NCBI GenBank assembly: GCA_002104905.1
Contig: MCFE01000145.1
Coordinates: 62,001-126,000 of the forward strand
Origin: Basidiobolus meristosporus CBS 931.73
Lineage: Eukaryota; Fungi; Basidiobolomycota
Length of the DNA: 64,000 nt
Direction of reading: 5' to 3'
The translations under genes and the position numbers were made by a program. Positions 50,227-63,422 of the stretch are shown one piece after another. Numbering within the stretch: position 1 is the stretch's first letter; every line of letters starts with the position of its first letter. Below the pieces are notes generated by a model. It searched no databases. It worked only from the letters and a program-made list of their open reading frames with translations, and was not told where the DNA came from.

Positions 50227-51110
50227 TTACTCTTCATAATGCTCCAGACACATTTCTCTCAGTGGATGTCTTCTTGTATGAACATACTGTGCATTAATAA
50301 GTATCTTTACTATTTTACCTATTCTGCTGTTTTCTCCTATATATGACTTTCCTCTGTATTTACCTGCCAATATGCTGAATCTCTTCAGATATCCAAGTGT
50401 GTGCTCTACCCTCACTCTGAAATAATTAAATATCTCATTGTAGAGCTTCTGCTTCCTTCTAAGCACACCATTCCTTGGCTTCCTATAAGCTGCAATACTT
50501 CCTAATCTCTGACAATCCTCTCCTATATAGGCTAAGTCTGCCATACATTTCTCCCCTCTACTGAGTTCAGGATGATTCTCTACCCAGAGTGCTTTGTCAT
50601 GCCTACTTCCAGCAAATGGCCCACTAAACTGGATGATGTTACCCTCAATGTTGGACAGTGCTTGAAACTTCACACAGTGTGCCTTGTACTTGCCAGAATA
50701 AAAGTGCCTCTGCCCTCTAGAAGGTCTGTTAATCCTCACTGGGAAGGTATCCAAAATACTCCTGATATGGAACCTGTTGCTGAACATTATGGGATATGGA
50801 AGTCTATTGGAGCTTCTGAACCTAGTATTCCAAGCTTGCTCTAAGTCATTCATACCCTCTGCAAGGTGGTTCTCCATTGCTGTCAGCTGGGAATGAAAGC
50901 TTCTAGGACTTTTGTTGCCATGGATGGTGGGATGAAACCTTGTAGGGCAATAGTTCTTGTTATAGCAGAGACCTTAACAAGGGATCTCCTAGAGTAGATT
51001 GGGGTTGATGGTCCACAATACTTAGAGTAGATCTCCTCTAGTGTGTCAAAAGGAAATCCAGTGGTAGTGGTGGGATTGATGCGAAAAGACTATTCAGATG
51101 AGTAAGTCAT
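50227..51110 (-). pseudogene. Transposase of copy 4, 1-bp frameshift near 50970
   Basis: ORF 50227-50877 is intact from MENHL. Upstream there is a 1-nt deletion relative to 6419-6440. Confidence 0.85.
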
Positions 51111-51469
51111 ATTAAAATTGGTGGATGATTGTATGGAGGTGGTTTGACTCAATTTAGCGCAATCTGCATTATTTATCTGATTTTTAATACATTATGGTTA
51201 AATCTCCATCAATTGCCATGTACCCCATCATTATGTTGCAAAAATCATCCCCAAACAATGCCATGGTACTTTTGTTGATGCTTTAATCATAGGTCTATAA
51301 TCAAATAGGAAATCTGCAATTGATGTGATCTGATCCATGTTAACGCAATCCAAGATGCATCAAGCATAATATATGGAAAATTCAACAATCACATTAGTTT
51401 TCATATATATCTCATATAAGACCAGGTTGATGCCAATATACTGCTGTATAAGTATCCAAATCCGTTGCT

Positions 51470-53771
51470 ATGGTCCCCATACCAAGCTTCAACTCATATT
51501 TAGTACAACCCAGACAAAACCCATCCCCTGGCTCACAAGCACGGTCCAGACCGGAAAAGTCAATGTTGGATCTGTTCAAGTTCTTGCCAAATGATTTTAG
51601 TATGGCCCAAGTGTCTATGATGAGCCTTCATACAGATATTTGGGCACTACTGATTAATCTAGCAGAAATAGATACCTCAGAGAGTCAACAAAGATGGACA
51701 AATTTGAGTAGAAAGCTGTGGAATGAGTTCTACATCAAGATGCCAGCCAATGTATGTAAGAAGATATATAACATGACAAGTATTGAAATCAAGAATGAGC
51801 TGAGAGTGAGGGGATTTGACAAAGAAGCCGCGCAGGAACAATTTTGCGCGCAATTTGCACATTATGGGCCGGACGCATCCGTTTGTGCCTCAACTTTGGG
51901 AACCAAAGAGATTTTGAATGAGTTTTTGCCTCAAATGACTAATATACTATGTGATACATTAGTAGAGCTAAGTGGCTTCTGAGAGCAATATAAACAGGAC
52001 TCATCCAGGTAACAGCTCCAAAGTATCAGACAGAGGGTAAGTGAATACCTTGAGGAATCAGATGGTGAGCTACAGGAGGAAGAATACAGACCACAACCAA
52101 CATTGTCCAGATTGCGCCAGCACACCTTGCTGGATTCCCTACCATCTCTTGCAACCACAGTGCGCTGGCGCATGTCAGTCCAGACTACACCAACACCCTT
52201 TACCAGAACGCCCCACATTGAGTCAACGTGCTGTGGTGGTGTATAAGTCTAAAGGGCAAAATATGGCCAACACTTCTCAAGTGTGAATGTGTGTGGGGTG
52301 TTCACTGGGTGCAATAACCTCTGGCAAAAGCTTGCTAGGAATACTGGGTCTTTTGTCTAATCTAATGTGATGGGGGATAAAGCCTCAAGCTTGTCAAGGG
52401 AAAACTATTGAACTACAATCCCCAACTTAGTTGGCATCTTAACAAAAGTTTATAATGGCTTTGACATCCTTTGAGATGACAATGTACTAAAGCTTCCAAA
52501 GTCAAAACAACTGTGAACTCCACCAACAGGGACTTGATAAGAATGCAGCTTTGACCAGTAGTTACAAAGACTGAAAAGTATCTTTGCCTGTACAAGAACA
52601 AACTTGGGAAAACAAACAAACATAATAAAATATACCTATTCTGAGTATTCCTCACAAGTAGTGCCTCCAAGGTCAGTTGGCTGTCAGCACGGTTTCCTGG
52701 GAGTGTTGTCAGGTCTGAGTCAGAAAATAGTGGTAATAGGTAGCGGTGATCTCACTAATCAATAAGTCGGAATATTGGAAGAGGGATGATTTATTTTAAG
52801 AGATAGCCTCCCTTATATACTTTTTTGCTGCTCAATTTCTTGCTAGAGAATACTTTCCGGAAGTTTCCAGAAGGTAGTAGACAGCCAATCATGTCATTGT
52901 GTACTAAAAATAGCGCAAATTCTTGGCGGATTGTTCCATGAGATATAGTAGCACCTAGCCAATCAGGTAGTGGTAATATGAAACCCCTGTGTCATGTGGT
53001 TGCCTCTTATGGTAGTAGGATAGGAGGGTTATGAAACCAAAATGGTCACATGACATGGGCACTGTTGGGGTACTGGCCTTATATGGTAACTATCTTATCT
53101 TGGCATCTTGGCAAGGAATAGGAATAGCTTGTGCAATAGGTTAATAGTGACAAATAGTATGTCAGGTTGCATAGTAATAATCACATAGACAGAATGGAAA
53201 GTATTGCAATTTGGGATGATACTAATATAGGGGGGTAATCCTTTTTTAGGGAAGTGAACGTATGAGAATGAGCACATCTGCCTGTGGGTGTCACTGTGAC
53301 CCCACTACAGAGCAAAATTACAAGAACCTGCCGAACTGCTCATTTAGACACAAGTCCATTGGAGCGGACCAAGTTGTGTCACATGCAGCATCACATTGAA
53401 CTCAGCCAAGGGCCATCTCAATATGTCAAGGCACCCCTGCACGTGCCATTTTGCCTGACCATCAGCAAGTTACTTCTGGTGAACTGACTGATGATGACCA
53501 ACATGAAGTGGCTCAACCACCGGAGCCCTTGGCAAGTAAAAGAACGCGTCAGTGCGTGGCACTACAGGCCGGTTCAGTTTGTTCAGTTGGAGCAATTCAG
53601 CACGGCCAAGCTGCAGCATTGCACTCATCAACTAGGAGGCAAAATACTGACTACAAATACATAAGTAGCCAAGATGATAGTCAGCCAGGAAGTAGTATAG
53701 GTGTGCAAAGTGAGTCACTACCAAATGCTTCAGTAGTAATCCCTGTGAGAAAAAAACCCAGGAGAAGATGA
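51470..53771 (+). pseudogene. ORF2 of copy 4 (TGA at codon 171, split by LTR-B)
   Basis: ORF 51470-51982 plus 53451-53771, ending RKKPRRR*. Confidence 0.82.
52232..53309 (-). repeat. Solo LTR-B (1078 bp)
   Basis: TGTGGTGG...CCACTACA ends. Flanks GTGC/GAGC are an imperfect TSD. Confidence 0.88.
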
Positions 53772-55569
53772 TGTGATTGCTTTGAATTGCTCACATTTGT
53801 AATGATCCCAACAACCCATTTTTTTTGCAATCCAAATCAAGCCATTGCAAATCAGTGATCATCAAATTTTTGATATAAGTAATATCAAGGTTGTCTCACA
53901 TTTGAGACAGAACCCCTATAAATAAACACCCTGCATATATATACATCATCTGTAATACCAGTACAGCTATTGGATCTGTTTTGCACCTACACAATTGCTT
54001 GCGTGCTAGCTATGACACCTTGTCCAATCACTAGGATCAGGGAATTACTTGCTCAATGTGCAAAATGGGATATTTGATGGCAAATCAGGTAGCTTTTTAG
54101 TAATCAATGAGCCAATTGGGGGCTGCCAGCTTCAGGATACTTTTGGACCAATTAACCACTGTGATACCGTCCAATTGGAGTGAGGGTAACCAAAATGGTA
54201 AGTATCAGTGTAGTTTATAGTGTGATACACATTTATTTCCATTTACATTGAAGAAACATATCCAAATACTGGATTTTACCTGCCATAATAGCGGTATCCG
54301 ATTGCGCATGTGATGCAAACGTTACAAGTTGGCGCAATTATCCGTGCTAACCTCATTGTGTCAGATTATGCCATAGTGTGCAAGATTGTCCCACATAGTG
54401 CAAAATCATCTAAGAACAATCCTGCCTTCTGGTAGCTATAATATTGCGCCCAATCATTCTTTACAACCGCGGATTGCGCCACGCGCCCTAGCACGGTACA
54501 ATGAAACAAGTCTAATGACTATCTACACAATCTGATGATGGATCACAGCAATGTTTGGCTAATTTGCAGCTAAGTAAAGTTAAAGAATATGATAGTATTT
54601 ATGCAGTACTTTGCTATGGGTGGCATGGCATTGTTGCGGTCTTAGTGCACTCTACATCTAGTTGAGTGAATCTAACCAGCCAATATATTCAATTGCCTTA
54701 TATGGCAAGAAGTCTGATGGTGTATTGATGGCCTCACTGCAAGCCTCTCATGGCATTATCATGGCAATATGGCAGCCTACAGCTAGTTCTGTAAAGTGCT
54801 ACCATACCAATTTACCAAATGGTATTTCCTTTTTCTACCTCCAATTATGCAATTTATATATCCTACTGTAGAATTACCTCAGTTTATTTGCTTACCTAAT
54901 ACTACCTAGGGTCTTCTACATAGAGTTCAAATTGGAAAATACTATGGCCTCCTGCTTACTGACCTCTACAAATACACACACCTATTGCAATTGACATACT
55001 GCCATCACCTCAGCTTTACGGCTTTTTAGTGTGAAGCTTGCAAAGCTGCCATATACCTTGTGCTGCTGGTAATGTATACATCTTGCAAACATATGCTTAG
55101 TTGCCATCACTTCTGCCATGAATACCTCCTGAATATCTGCAAAGAACTTTTTAGTGTTTAGCCAATATATTGCTTCTCCATGCTGGATTCTAGTCCCCCT
55201 TACAGGTGTGCTCTGGCTCTAGTTTGTGTGATTTCCATACTGAATGGTGAACAAATTGGCTTGTGACCAAGGGAAATTTGGCATACATTTGTAGAGCTTT
55301 GCTAATAAAAATTAGTTTCTCAATGCAGCCAACCAAGCTCTGAATTACTGAACTGATTATCCACACATTGGGACTGCTTAGCTTCTTAATGCCATAGGCA
55401 TTGGTGTCTCTGTGTACACATCTGTCCTCAGTATTCTCTAACTGTTCCTGACTGTCCTCCATTTGCCAACTCATCACATTCATGGCAGACTTGAAGGTAA
55501 TATTCTTGATGAGATTGGGATATGGTAGTACCTGCCACTTGACTTTTCTTACTATCTACCCACACAATG

Positions 55570-58500
55570 TGGTATTTGTGTGGGTAACTTGTCTTGTCCC
55601 TCTCTGATTGTGTCTTGTATCAACATTACGGCTCCAGCAAATGACTCTTTATAGGTTGCTCTTGTTGCACGTAATGCTTGTACAATATCTCTCAGCACTT
55701 GCAGGTCAGTCTTGGTTTCAATATCATCTTGATTCTTGCTGATGGGAGGGGTATTGCCAGTTTTGGGTAAACTGTTCCCTTTGGCACTTTCCATATGCAT
55801 TCTTTTGTTCTCCCCTTTGGGCAAACTTCCTTACACATATCATTTGTACCTACATCAACTAACATCTCCTCTAATAAACTTTGTATATATCCTGTGTCTT
55901 TCTCAATCCTTGTCCTGATAATTGTTGAATCACACTTTGGTTTCAGTGATGATTGGTGGATCATCATGAAACAGTTTCAGATGGGCTGGCACTATGTTGC
56001 TGATTGTCTTATTGTTCAGGGTGACGGTGTACTTTGGCCCATGGTCCAAACTAATAACGGTGCCAGGGCCAATCCATTGGGGTGTAAATTGTGGGCAAAA
56101 CTTGAGGCCTGTAATGGTTTGGTTGTACCACACTTTATTGCCTGGTTTCCACTTTTGTCTTGTTAGTTTCTCACTTTTGGGTGGAGGGGGAAGGTGCTTG
56201 TCAACATTTTCAAATACTTTTATGTATAGGTGGGCAATACAGTGTATCAACCTTTCTACATAGTTGTTATGTGTTGTCAAGGGGACACCTTCCATCATCA
56301 CACCAGCTTCTTCACACCACTTGGGCCTTTGTCCATACAGAGCTTTGTATGGGGAGAAACCTGTTGTTTTATTTGGTATTTTACGCATTGCTAGGAGTGT
56401 CAGTGGGAGCAGCTTGGTCCATCATTGGGGAAGTTCCCAGTGGAGCTTCTCTAGTATGCAGCAACATGTCTGGTTCATCCTCTTGGTTAATCTGTTGGTC
56501 TGGGGGTGATTTGCAGCCATGAAGACCTGTTTCACACCCATCATTTTGCACAAATGGGCCACAGTGCTGTTCAGGAAGGAACCACCATTGTTGGACAGGA
56601 GTATCTGAGGATATCCAAGCAGGCATATGAGGTGTTCTAGAATGAATCAGGCGGTTGTCTTCTGATCTTTATTTTGGACAGCTTGGGCTTCTACCCATTC
56701 TCAGAAATAATTGGTAGCAATTGTTATGTATTGTTCTCCTTTCTTTGTTTTCATAAAGGGGCCAACAAAGTCAATCCCTACCCAGTGGAAGGGTAGGTCA
56801 AGTGGTATTGGTGTGGTTGTCCCTATGTTCTGACTTCAGTTAAATCTTTTGCAGGTGGAGCATCTTTGTAACCTATTCACAACATCAGTCATCAATTTTT
56901 TCAAATAGAATGTCTTTCTTAGCATCTATATGTTGTTAGGGGGTTAGCATGTTCTAATGACATATGTCTTTCTTGTATGATTTCTTTGCAGGGCAGTTAC
57001 AGGGGGTACCTTGACTCTGAATTGTCCTTGGAGGAGCCATAATTGGCTTTCTTGTACTTTTTACTGACACCATTTCCTTCAAAAGTCTCTCTTCTGCTTG
57101 TTTGTAACAACATGTTTGGGATACTTCCCTCTTCTTTTAAAGCAGATTACATCCTTGTAGTCATCACTGACACATACTTGGCAAACAAGATAGCAACTGA
57201 GGAAGTCTGCCTCTTGATGTTTCTTGCCAGCCCAATGAGTTATTTTGAAGTTGTATTCTTGTAGTTGGAGGGCCCAACATGCTAGTCAAGTGGTAAAGTC
57301 TTTAGTTTCATCAGCCATACCAGTGCACTGTGGTCTGTTACTATCATGAATTGGCAACCATGTATGTATGTATGGAATTGTTTAATTGAATAAACAACAG
57401 CCAGACATTCTATCTTGGTGATAGGGCTTGTACCTGGGCCATTAAATCTACAACAGCTTCCCAGAGTGTATCACCTTCTTTGGGGACTTCTTGGACATTG
57501 TTGATCAAGAGTTCTTGGACCTTTTGCCATAATTCCTCTAACTCATGGTCTTTTGGGGAGGCAGTTTTCCCTTTCTTACAGAGGATCCCTGTCCTTTAAT
57601 CATCTGTATCACTAAAGGGTAGCCCTTATAGCAAGATGACCACTTGTACTTGTTCAACCAACTCTTGCAACATTTACATCCCTGTTGATCTTTGGATGCC
57701 CTACATCTTATTTTGTTGTCTGAGCCCATGATGTGATATGTCATGAGCTGTTGCTTGGCAATTTCATCCTTTGGGAGACATCAAACCTGTTGGAGAAACA
57801 GTTTAGTGTAGGCTTCATAGCTCTCACTGCTTTTCTTCCATGAGGACAGTAGAATGGCTTGGTAGTGGTATCCTTTGGCATATAGAAAGCATGTCTTGTA
57901 GGCTTCTTCTAGTGCATCCCAGTTGTCTTTGACTGCATCCTCCAACCCATAATGCCATTGCCATGCTGACACTTCCATATATCTTGCAAACTCCCTGACT
58001 TTCTTATTGATGTCCCATCCTGCATCAACCGCAACTCTCTCAAACATATCAGACCACTCAAGGGCTTTCTCTCTCTTTCCCTTGTATGTTTTTAGTTTCA
58101 TTGTAGTAGTCATTACCTCTCTTGTGCTTATCTCTGCAGAGATGGCATCAAGTATGTGGGTTGTTACTGACTGTACTATGTGATTGGGAGAGCTTGTAGG
58201 TCAAGTCAGTACCACTTGGTTCAGAATAGCTTCCAGTAGAAGGTAGCAATGTAATAAAGACTTGTGTTTATTCCATCCAAATCCTCTTGTCCCTTCACTT
58301 GGTTCAATTGGATAGGTATACATTTATCACTTGGGGGGCTTAGATAATAGCCAATATGTTATAAAATAGGGGTGTGAACACCTTCCTGTTATGGTAAGTG
58401 TTCTAACTAGATAAGGGCAGGGATAGGAGGGAGGGTGTGTAGGGGAATCATAGGGAGGATACTGGGGTACTTTGGGTAGGACTCTGTGGAGAACACTTGG

Positions 58501-58850
58501 GCAATGAGTGGGTACTACATTTAGTACTCACATATCCTGGGTGCTAATAGGGAGCTTTGTCCTCAAACTTCTTTGACTAACTTGCCTCTCCAGGGTCAAT
58601 TTTGTTTACGGAGCATGGGGAGTCACCATAGTATCATTGCTGGTTGTCACTCACAAGGGGGTTGTGGGCAAGTACCTGATACCATTTGGTGGCAGAGTGG
58701 GGTGTGGCTTGCATTGCTTGAGGGATGTTTTCCACAGAGCCAACTAGTTGGCAAACCATAGGGTTCTGGGTAAGTAATTTTTCATAAGGAAAGTATTTCT
58801 CACAAGCTCCAATCAATATTAATGCACATAGGCAACAATACAAATGCAAG
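55570..58850 (-). mobile_element. Degenerate Ty3/Gypsy element, family F
   Basis: gag-like 57781-58113, RNase H remnant ~57240-57420, integrase 55930-56900 (TTGFSPYKALYG, QWIGP). Possible 5' LTR from ~58357. Confidence 0.65.
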
Positions 58851-60554
58851 GACTGAATGTACTGATATGTAAATACTCAAGTGGCTTTCTGAGCAACTTC
58901 AACCCACAGAATCTTGGATTACTGGGAGGTGTATGTTGACTTTGTAGGAATATGTATCCAGAGGCTGATCACCATTGCCAACTTGATTCTGTTGTAAGAG
59001 TCTTGGAGATATTGGAAGTGACTTGGGAGAACAAGTAGATTATATGGTTTTCACCTAATGATTTATTGAATGTAAAAGTAGTGTTTATACTTTTACATGA
59101 TCTTGGCATAACAAACACTTAGAGTTGGCTAAGGAAGGTCCCAAGAACATGTGAGCAAAGTTTGGGGCTGTTTGGACAACTTTGAGAATTTTCATGTTCT
59201 AAGTACTTGGTATTTTGGTGAAAATATTCTAAGTAAATCCCAACAGGGAATTTGGTCAGCATTCTCTAGGATTTGAAGGTAATGATCCAAGTGACTAAGT
59301 TAGGTGAATATTTAGGTGGAATTTCAAATTTTTTACAACAGATTCCTTCACAGCTATTATGCAAGGAGTTTGTGACAGGGTTTGAGCAACCTTACTACAA
59401 TCATAAAGCTGAGTATTTAGATATCTGCTGCTACTATATCCATTCTCTACTCCATCTTGCTTGGCATGAGAAGAATACTGGACCTTACTTCACCTTTTGG
59501 CTGTTTCCTATGCAGCAAATGTGAGGGAGAGAGGAGGAAACGTCAAGTTGCTAATACTACCATATCCCAATCTCATCAAGAAAATTACCTTCAAGTCCAT
59601 CCTGGATGTGATGAGTTGGCACATGGAGGACAGACAGGAAGTGTTGAAAAATACTGAGGACAGATGTGCATATGGAGACACCTTTGCCTTTGGCAGCAAG
59701 AAGATAAGCTGCCGCATGTGTGGGTAATCAGTAAGTAACACAAAGCTGGGTTGGATGCAAGAATCAGGTAATTTTTATTAGGATGACTTAACAATAGTAT
59801 GCTAGGTATCTCCGGCACACAAGCTAGTTTCCTACACCATCCAATATGTAAATCATACAAACAAGAACCTCAGAGTACTTATAAGGAGAGCTAGAATCCA
59901 GCAGGGAGAAGGTGTATATTGGCTAGGTTCCTAAAGGTGTTTTACAGATGTCAAGAGGTATTCATGGCAGAAGTGGCAGCAGTCAAGTGTAGGTTTGCTA
60001 GATGTATCTGTTGCCAGCAATGCAAGGTATATGGCAACTTTGCAAGTATCTCACTGAAAAGCTGTAGAGTTGAGGTGATAGAAATGTGTCATTTGCAGCA
60101 GGTGTGTGCATATGTAGAGGTTAGTAAGCAGTAAGCTGTAGTTTTTTTTTTTGACTCAAACTGTATGTGAAAAGCCCAAGTAGTAATGAATAAGCAAATA
60201 AACTGAGGTGATTCTACAATGGAATATATGAATGGAACAAGAGGAGGTAGCAAATGGAAACACCATTTGGCAAGTTGGTTCATTATTACTATAGAGGACT
60301 AGCTGTAGGTTGCTGTATTGCTGCTATAATGCAAACAGATGTATATATTCAGGCTGTCAAAATACTGTCAAGTTTTTTCCATATATGACATTTGCATGTA
60401 CTGGCTGATTGGGTCTGTTCAAATAAGTGTAGGCTGCTATACTACCATTGGAGTGCCATTCAAAGCCCATTTATGGACTGCTAAAATACTGTCAGAATCC
60501 TGATTGCTGATCTGGATTGGATACACCAGCCAGACCCATTTATTTTTCATAGGG
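58850..60554 (+). mobile_element. CACTA-like transposase remnant and terminus
   Basis: HSLLHLAWHEKNTGPYFTFWLFPM and LPYPNLIKK. TIR TTATTTTTCATAGGG ends at 60554. Confidence 0.78.
58990..59340 (-). repeat. Solo Copia LTR-E (351 bp), GATTC TSD
   Basis: TGTTGTAA...TTACAACA ends with GATTC on both sides. Confidence 0.93.
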
Positions 60555-60617
60555 CAAGTTTGGAGTCTTTTGGACAACTTTGAGAAAGTCCATAGTATGG
60601 GTGCCTGATGAGTTATT

Positions 60618-60850
60618 AGACTTGTTCTGTTGGATAGTGCCACATAGTGCCAGCCTGTTTATAGTGCTGGATTGATCTGGCACTCTACGGCACTATCTGG
60701 CACTATAATTTCTACCATGATGCAAGTGGTATGATATAGTTACTGGTAATTTTACTCAATCTTACTTATGTTGCTCAGAATAGTGCTTTCCTTGCTTTAT
60801 TTACTCTTCATAATGCTCCAGACACATTTCTCTCAGTGGATGTCTTCTTG
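60618..60850 (-). mobile_element. Isolated Pangu right end
   Basis: ATT + AGACTTGTTCTGTTGGATAGTGCC. Reverse of ~7125-7351. Confidence 0.88.
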
Positions 60851-61736
60851 CTGTGCAACCAAATATTCTTAGGTGCTCTGCACTTGATATGTATCTGTAC
60901 CATGCTTAACTGGAGTAGAATCACAAAGTGCTCTGCATTGACCCCTATTCTTAAGATATAGAGCTATAGAAATTGATTCTGCCCAATTATCACAGGATGA
61001 AATTTGATCATGGATCATAGAACTTACTATATCAGCTAGTGATATGATTGCATGTTCTGCCACTCCTTTTTGCTGCAGAGAGTAGGGTTTGGTAGTCTCT
61101 TGCTGTATCCCATAAATATTGCACAAGTGGACAAAAAGTTTTGGAGTATAATCTTTGCCATTCTGAGAGCACATTGCCCTGACTTTTTTACCAGTCTCTT
61201 TCCACCATTGTTCTAAACTACCAGAGCTTTGGCAAAGCTTCTTCCTTTCTTTCTATGAAGTAAACCCAAGTGTAGCTTGTATAATCAACAATAAAAGTGA
61301 TGTATACTCCATCCCACCTACAGATTGGTTTTGTATGAGTCTGCACATATCTAAGTGACGTGGATATATTACTTCCTTGGTTTTGGCAAACACAGAGCAC
61401 TTGTATGCTTGCCTGGCTTTTTACCATATATTCAGGCTTCACAGTGCTTCAAGTTAGCTGAGGGATCAGTTTCTACTCCACAAATGAGTTGATTTTGAAT
61501 TGTTTTGCACAAATAATCAAAATTCATGTGACCAAGTCTCTGGTGTCAAGGCATTGGTGTTTCTTCATCTAAGTATCTGGTATTGGCTTCCAGATATGAC
61601 AGAGTATAAGTCAACTTGCATAGATTCTGATCTCTGATACCCAAAGCAATATGAGCACCATTTTGATCAGTGAATCTGCATCCAGAGCTGCCAGAACCAA
61701 AACTGGGTCCCTCTGCCATGGCCTTGCTTATATCAC

Positions 61737-62065
61737 TGTAAGAGTCTTGGAGATATTGGAAGTGATTGGGAGAACAAGTCAATTAAGTGGTTTTCACTTG
61801 ATGATTTATTGATTGTAAAAGTGGTATTTATACCTTTACATGATCTTGGCATAACAAGCACGTAGAATAGGCTAAGGAAGGTCCCAAGAGCATGTGTGCA
61901 AAGTTTGGGGCTGTTTGGACAACTTATCTAATTTTCATGTTCTGGGTGGATATTCTGAATAAATCCCAACAAGGAATTTGGTCAGTATTCTCTAGGATTG
62001 GAAGGTAGTGATCTAAGTGACTAAGTTAGGTGAATATTTAGGTGGAGTTACAAGTTTTTACAACA
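61737..62065 (-). repeat. LTR-E copy inserted inside the Copia-E internal region
   Basis: Matches 63081-63422. Left junction is missing a few nt, so the TSD is not recoverable. Confidence 0.85.
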
Positions 62066-63069
62066 TACATATGGTAGGCTTGTGGTTATTTCTGCTACAT
62101 ATAACACATCCTTGAAGGTAAGTGGGTAGCTTTCTTTACTACTTCTGAGGCTTACTTGGATAGTTCCTGTGCCAACTGCATCAAGTGTACTCTTGTCTCC
62201 AATGAGAGCCTGCTTGATTGGAATATCTAGACATTGGGTAAAAAGTTCTTTTTGGTGTGTAAAGAGTTGAGATGCTCCCAAGTCAATGGGCTACATCTGA
62301 GAATCCTTTTTGGTGGTCATATCTAGTGCATATATGAATAATCTATCTTCAGTTGCTGCAGCATTTCAATAGTCAGGCTTTTTCTGCTAACTAACTCCCT
62401 TTCTGAGGCACTGGTTGGATCTGTGTCCTTTCCTTTTGCAGTAGTTGCAAAACAGGTTGCTATTGCCTTTAAAATGCCTTGGATACCTCCTTAGTTGGTT
62501 GTCGCTGCTTATTAAAGCATTTTCTTCTTCCTTCTTTTTGATGCTTGATTCTCCTAATTCTTCATCTAGGAGCCTTCCATATATGACACTTAAGGTCAAA
62601 TCTTCAAATCAGGATTCCAGGGCTGATACAAGGCCCTGAGACTTGTCTGTTAGGCTATTCAAGATGGTAACTATCACATCTTCATCAGTAGTTGGTATAC
62701 TCAAATAATCTATATCATCAACCAAGAGGGTAATTATGTTAATTAGCTTTTTATATCTTCTCCAGGCAGCATCTGTGTAGTAATGCATCCCTATCTAGTA
62801 TACACTTACTTAGGAGTGGAGCATATCTATAACATTAAGGCAAATGCAGATAAAGACACTTTGTTCCTACTTCTGGTACTTTAATGCTTCTTCCTCTGCA
62901 TTTTTAGAAGGGCATTATTCTTCCATGACATTATCCCAAAGGCCACCTTCCTGTAGCAGCATCTTCATGTTTACCTTCCACACATGGTAGTTAGAGCCAT
63001 CTAACTTTTCAGTGGAGGGGAAAATTCCAGTCATAGCAGTAACAGGCATTGCAGAGAGTGACAGCTTGA

Positions 63070-63080
63070 GGCTCATAACC
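63070..63080 (-). promoter_or_regulatory. Primer-binding site GGTTATGAGCC (half-tRNAiMet type)
   Basis: Lies immediately internal to the LTR and has the Ty5/copia-type motif. Confidence 0.8.
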
Positions 63081-63422
63081 TGTTGTAAAAGTCATGAAGA
63101 TATTGGAGGTGACTGGGAGAGCAAGTAGATTATGTGGTTTTCACTCCATAATTTATTGAATGTAAAAGTGGTATTTATACATTTATATGGTCCAGGCATA
63201 ACAAACATGTAGAATATGTTCAGAAAGGCCCCCAGAGCACATGTGCAAAGTTTGGGGCTGTTTGAACAGGTTATCTAACTTTGATGTTCCTGATGTTTTG
63301 GTGAAGATATTGGAAGTAGATCCCAACAAGGAATTTGGTCAGTATTCTCTAAGATTTGTGGGTAATGATCTAAGTGACCAAGTCAGGTGTGTATTTAGGT
63401 GGAATTACAAATCTTTACAACA

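Larger units (their letters stand above)
50044..54513 (-). mobile_element. Pangu-like copy 4, full length plus a solo LTR-B, AAT TSD
   Basis: Both termini present. AAT at 50041-50043 and 54514-54516. Confidence 0.93.
49944..55566 (-). mobile_element. CACTA-like element end and transposase remnant, split by Pangu copy 4
   Basis: TIR CCCTATGAAAAATAATTT at 49944. Sequence resumes at 54517 and is collinear with 36341-37420 and 45240-45480. Confidence 0.75.
60860..63422 (-). mobile_element. gag-pol: Ty1/Copia element, family E, 3'-truncated
   Basis: 5' LTR 63081-63422. gag begins MPVTAMTGIFPSTEKLDGSNYHVWK. Zinc knuckle CNYCKRKGHRSNQC, protease IDLGAS, integrase remnants 60869-61442. Confidence 0.88.
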
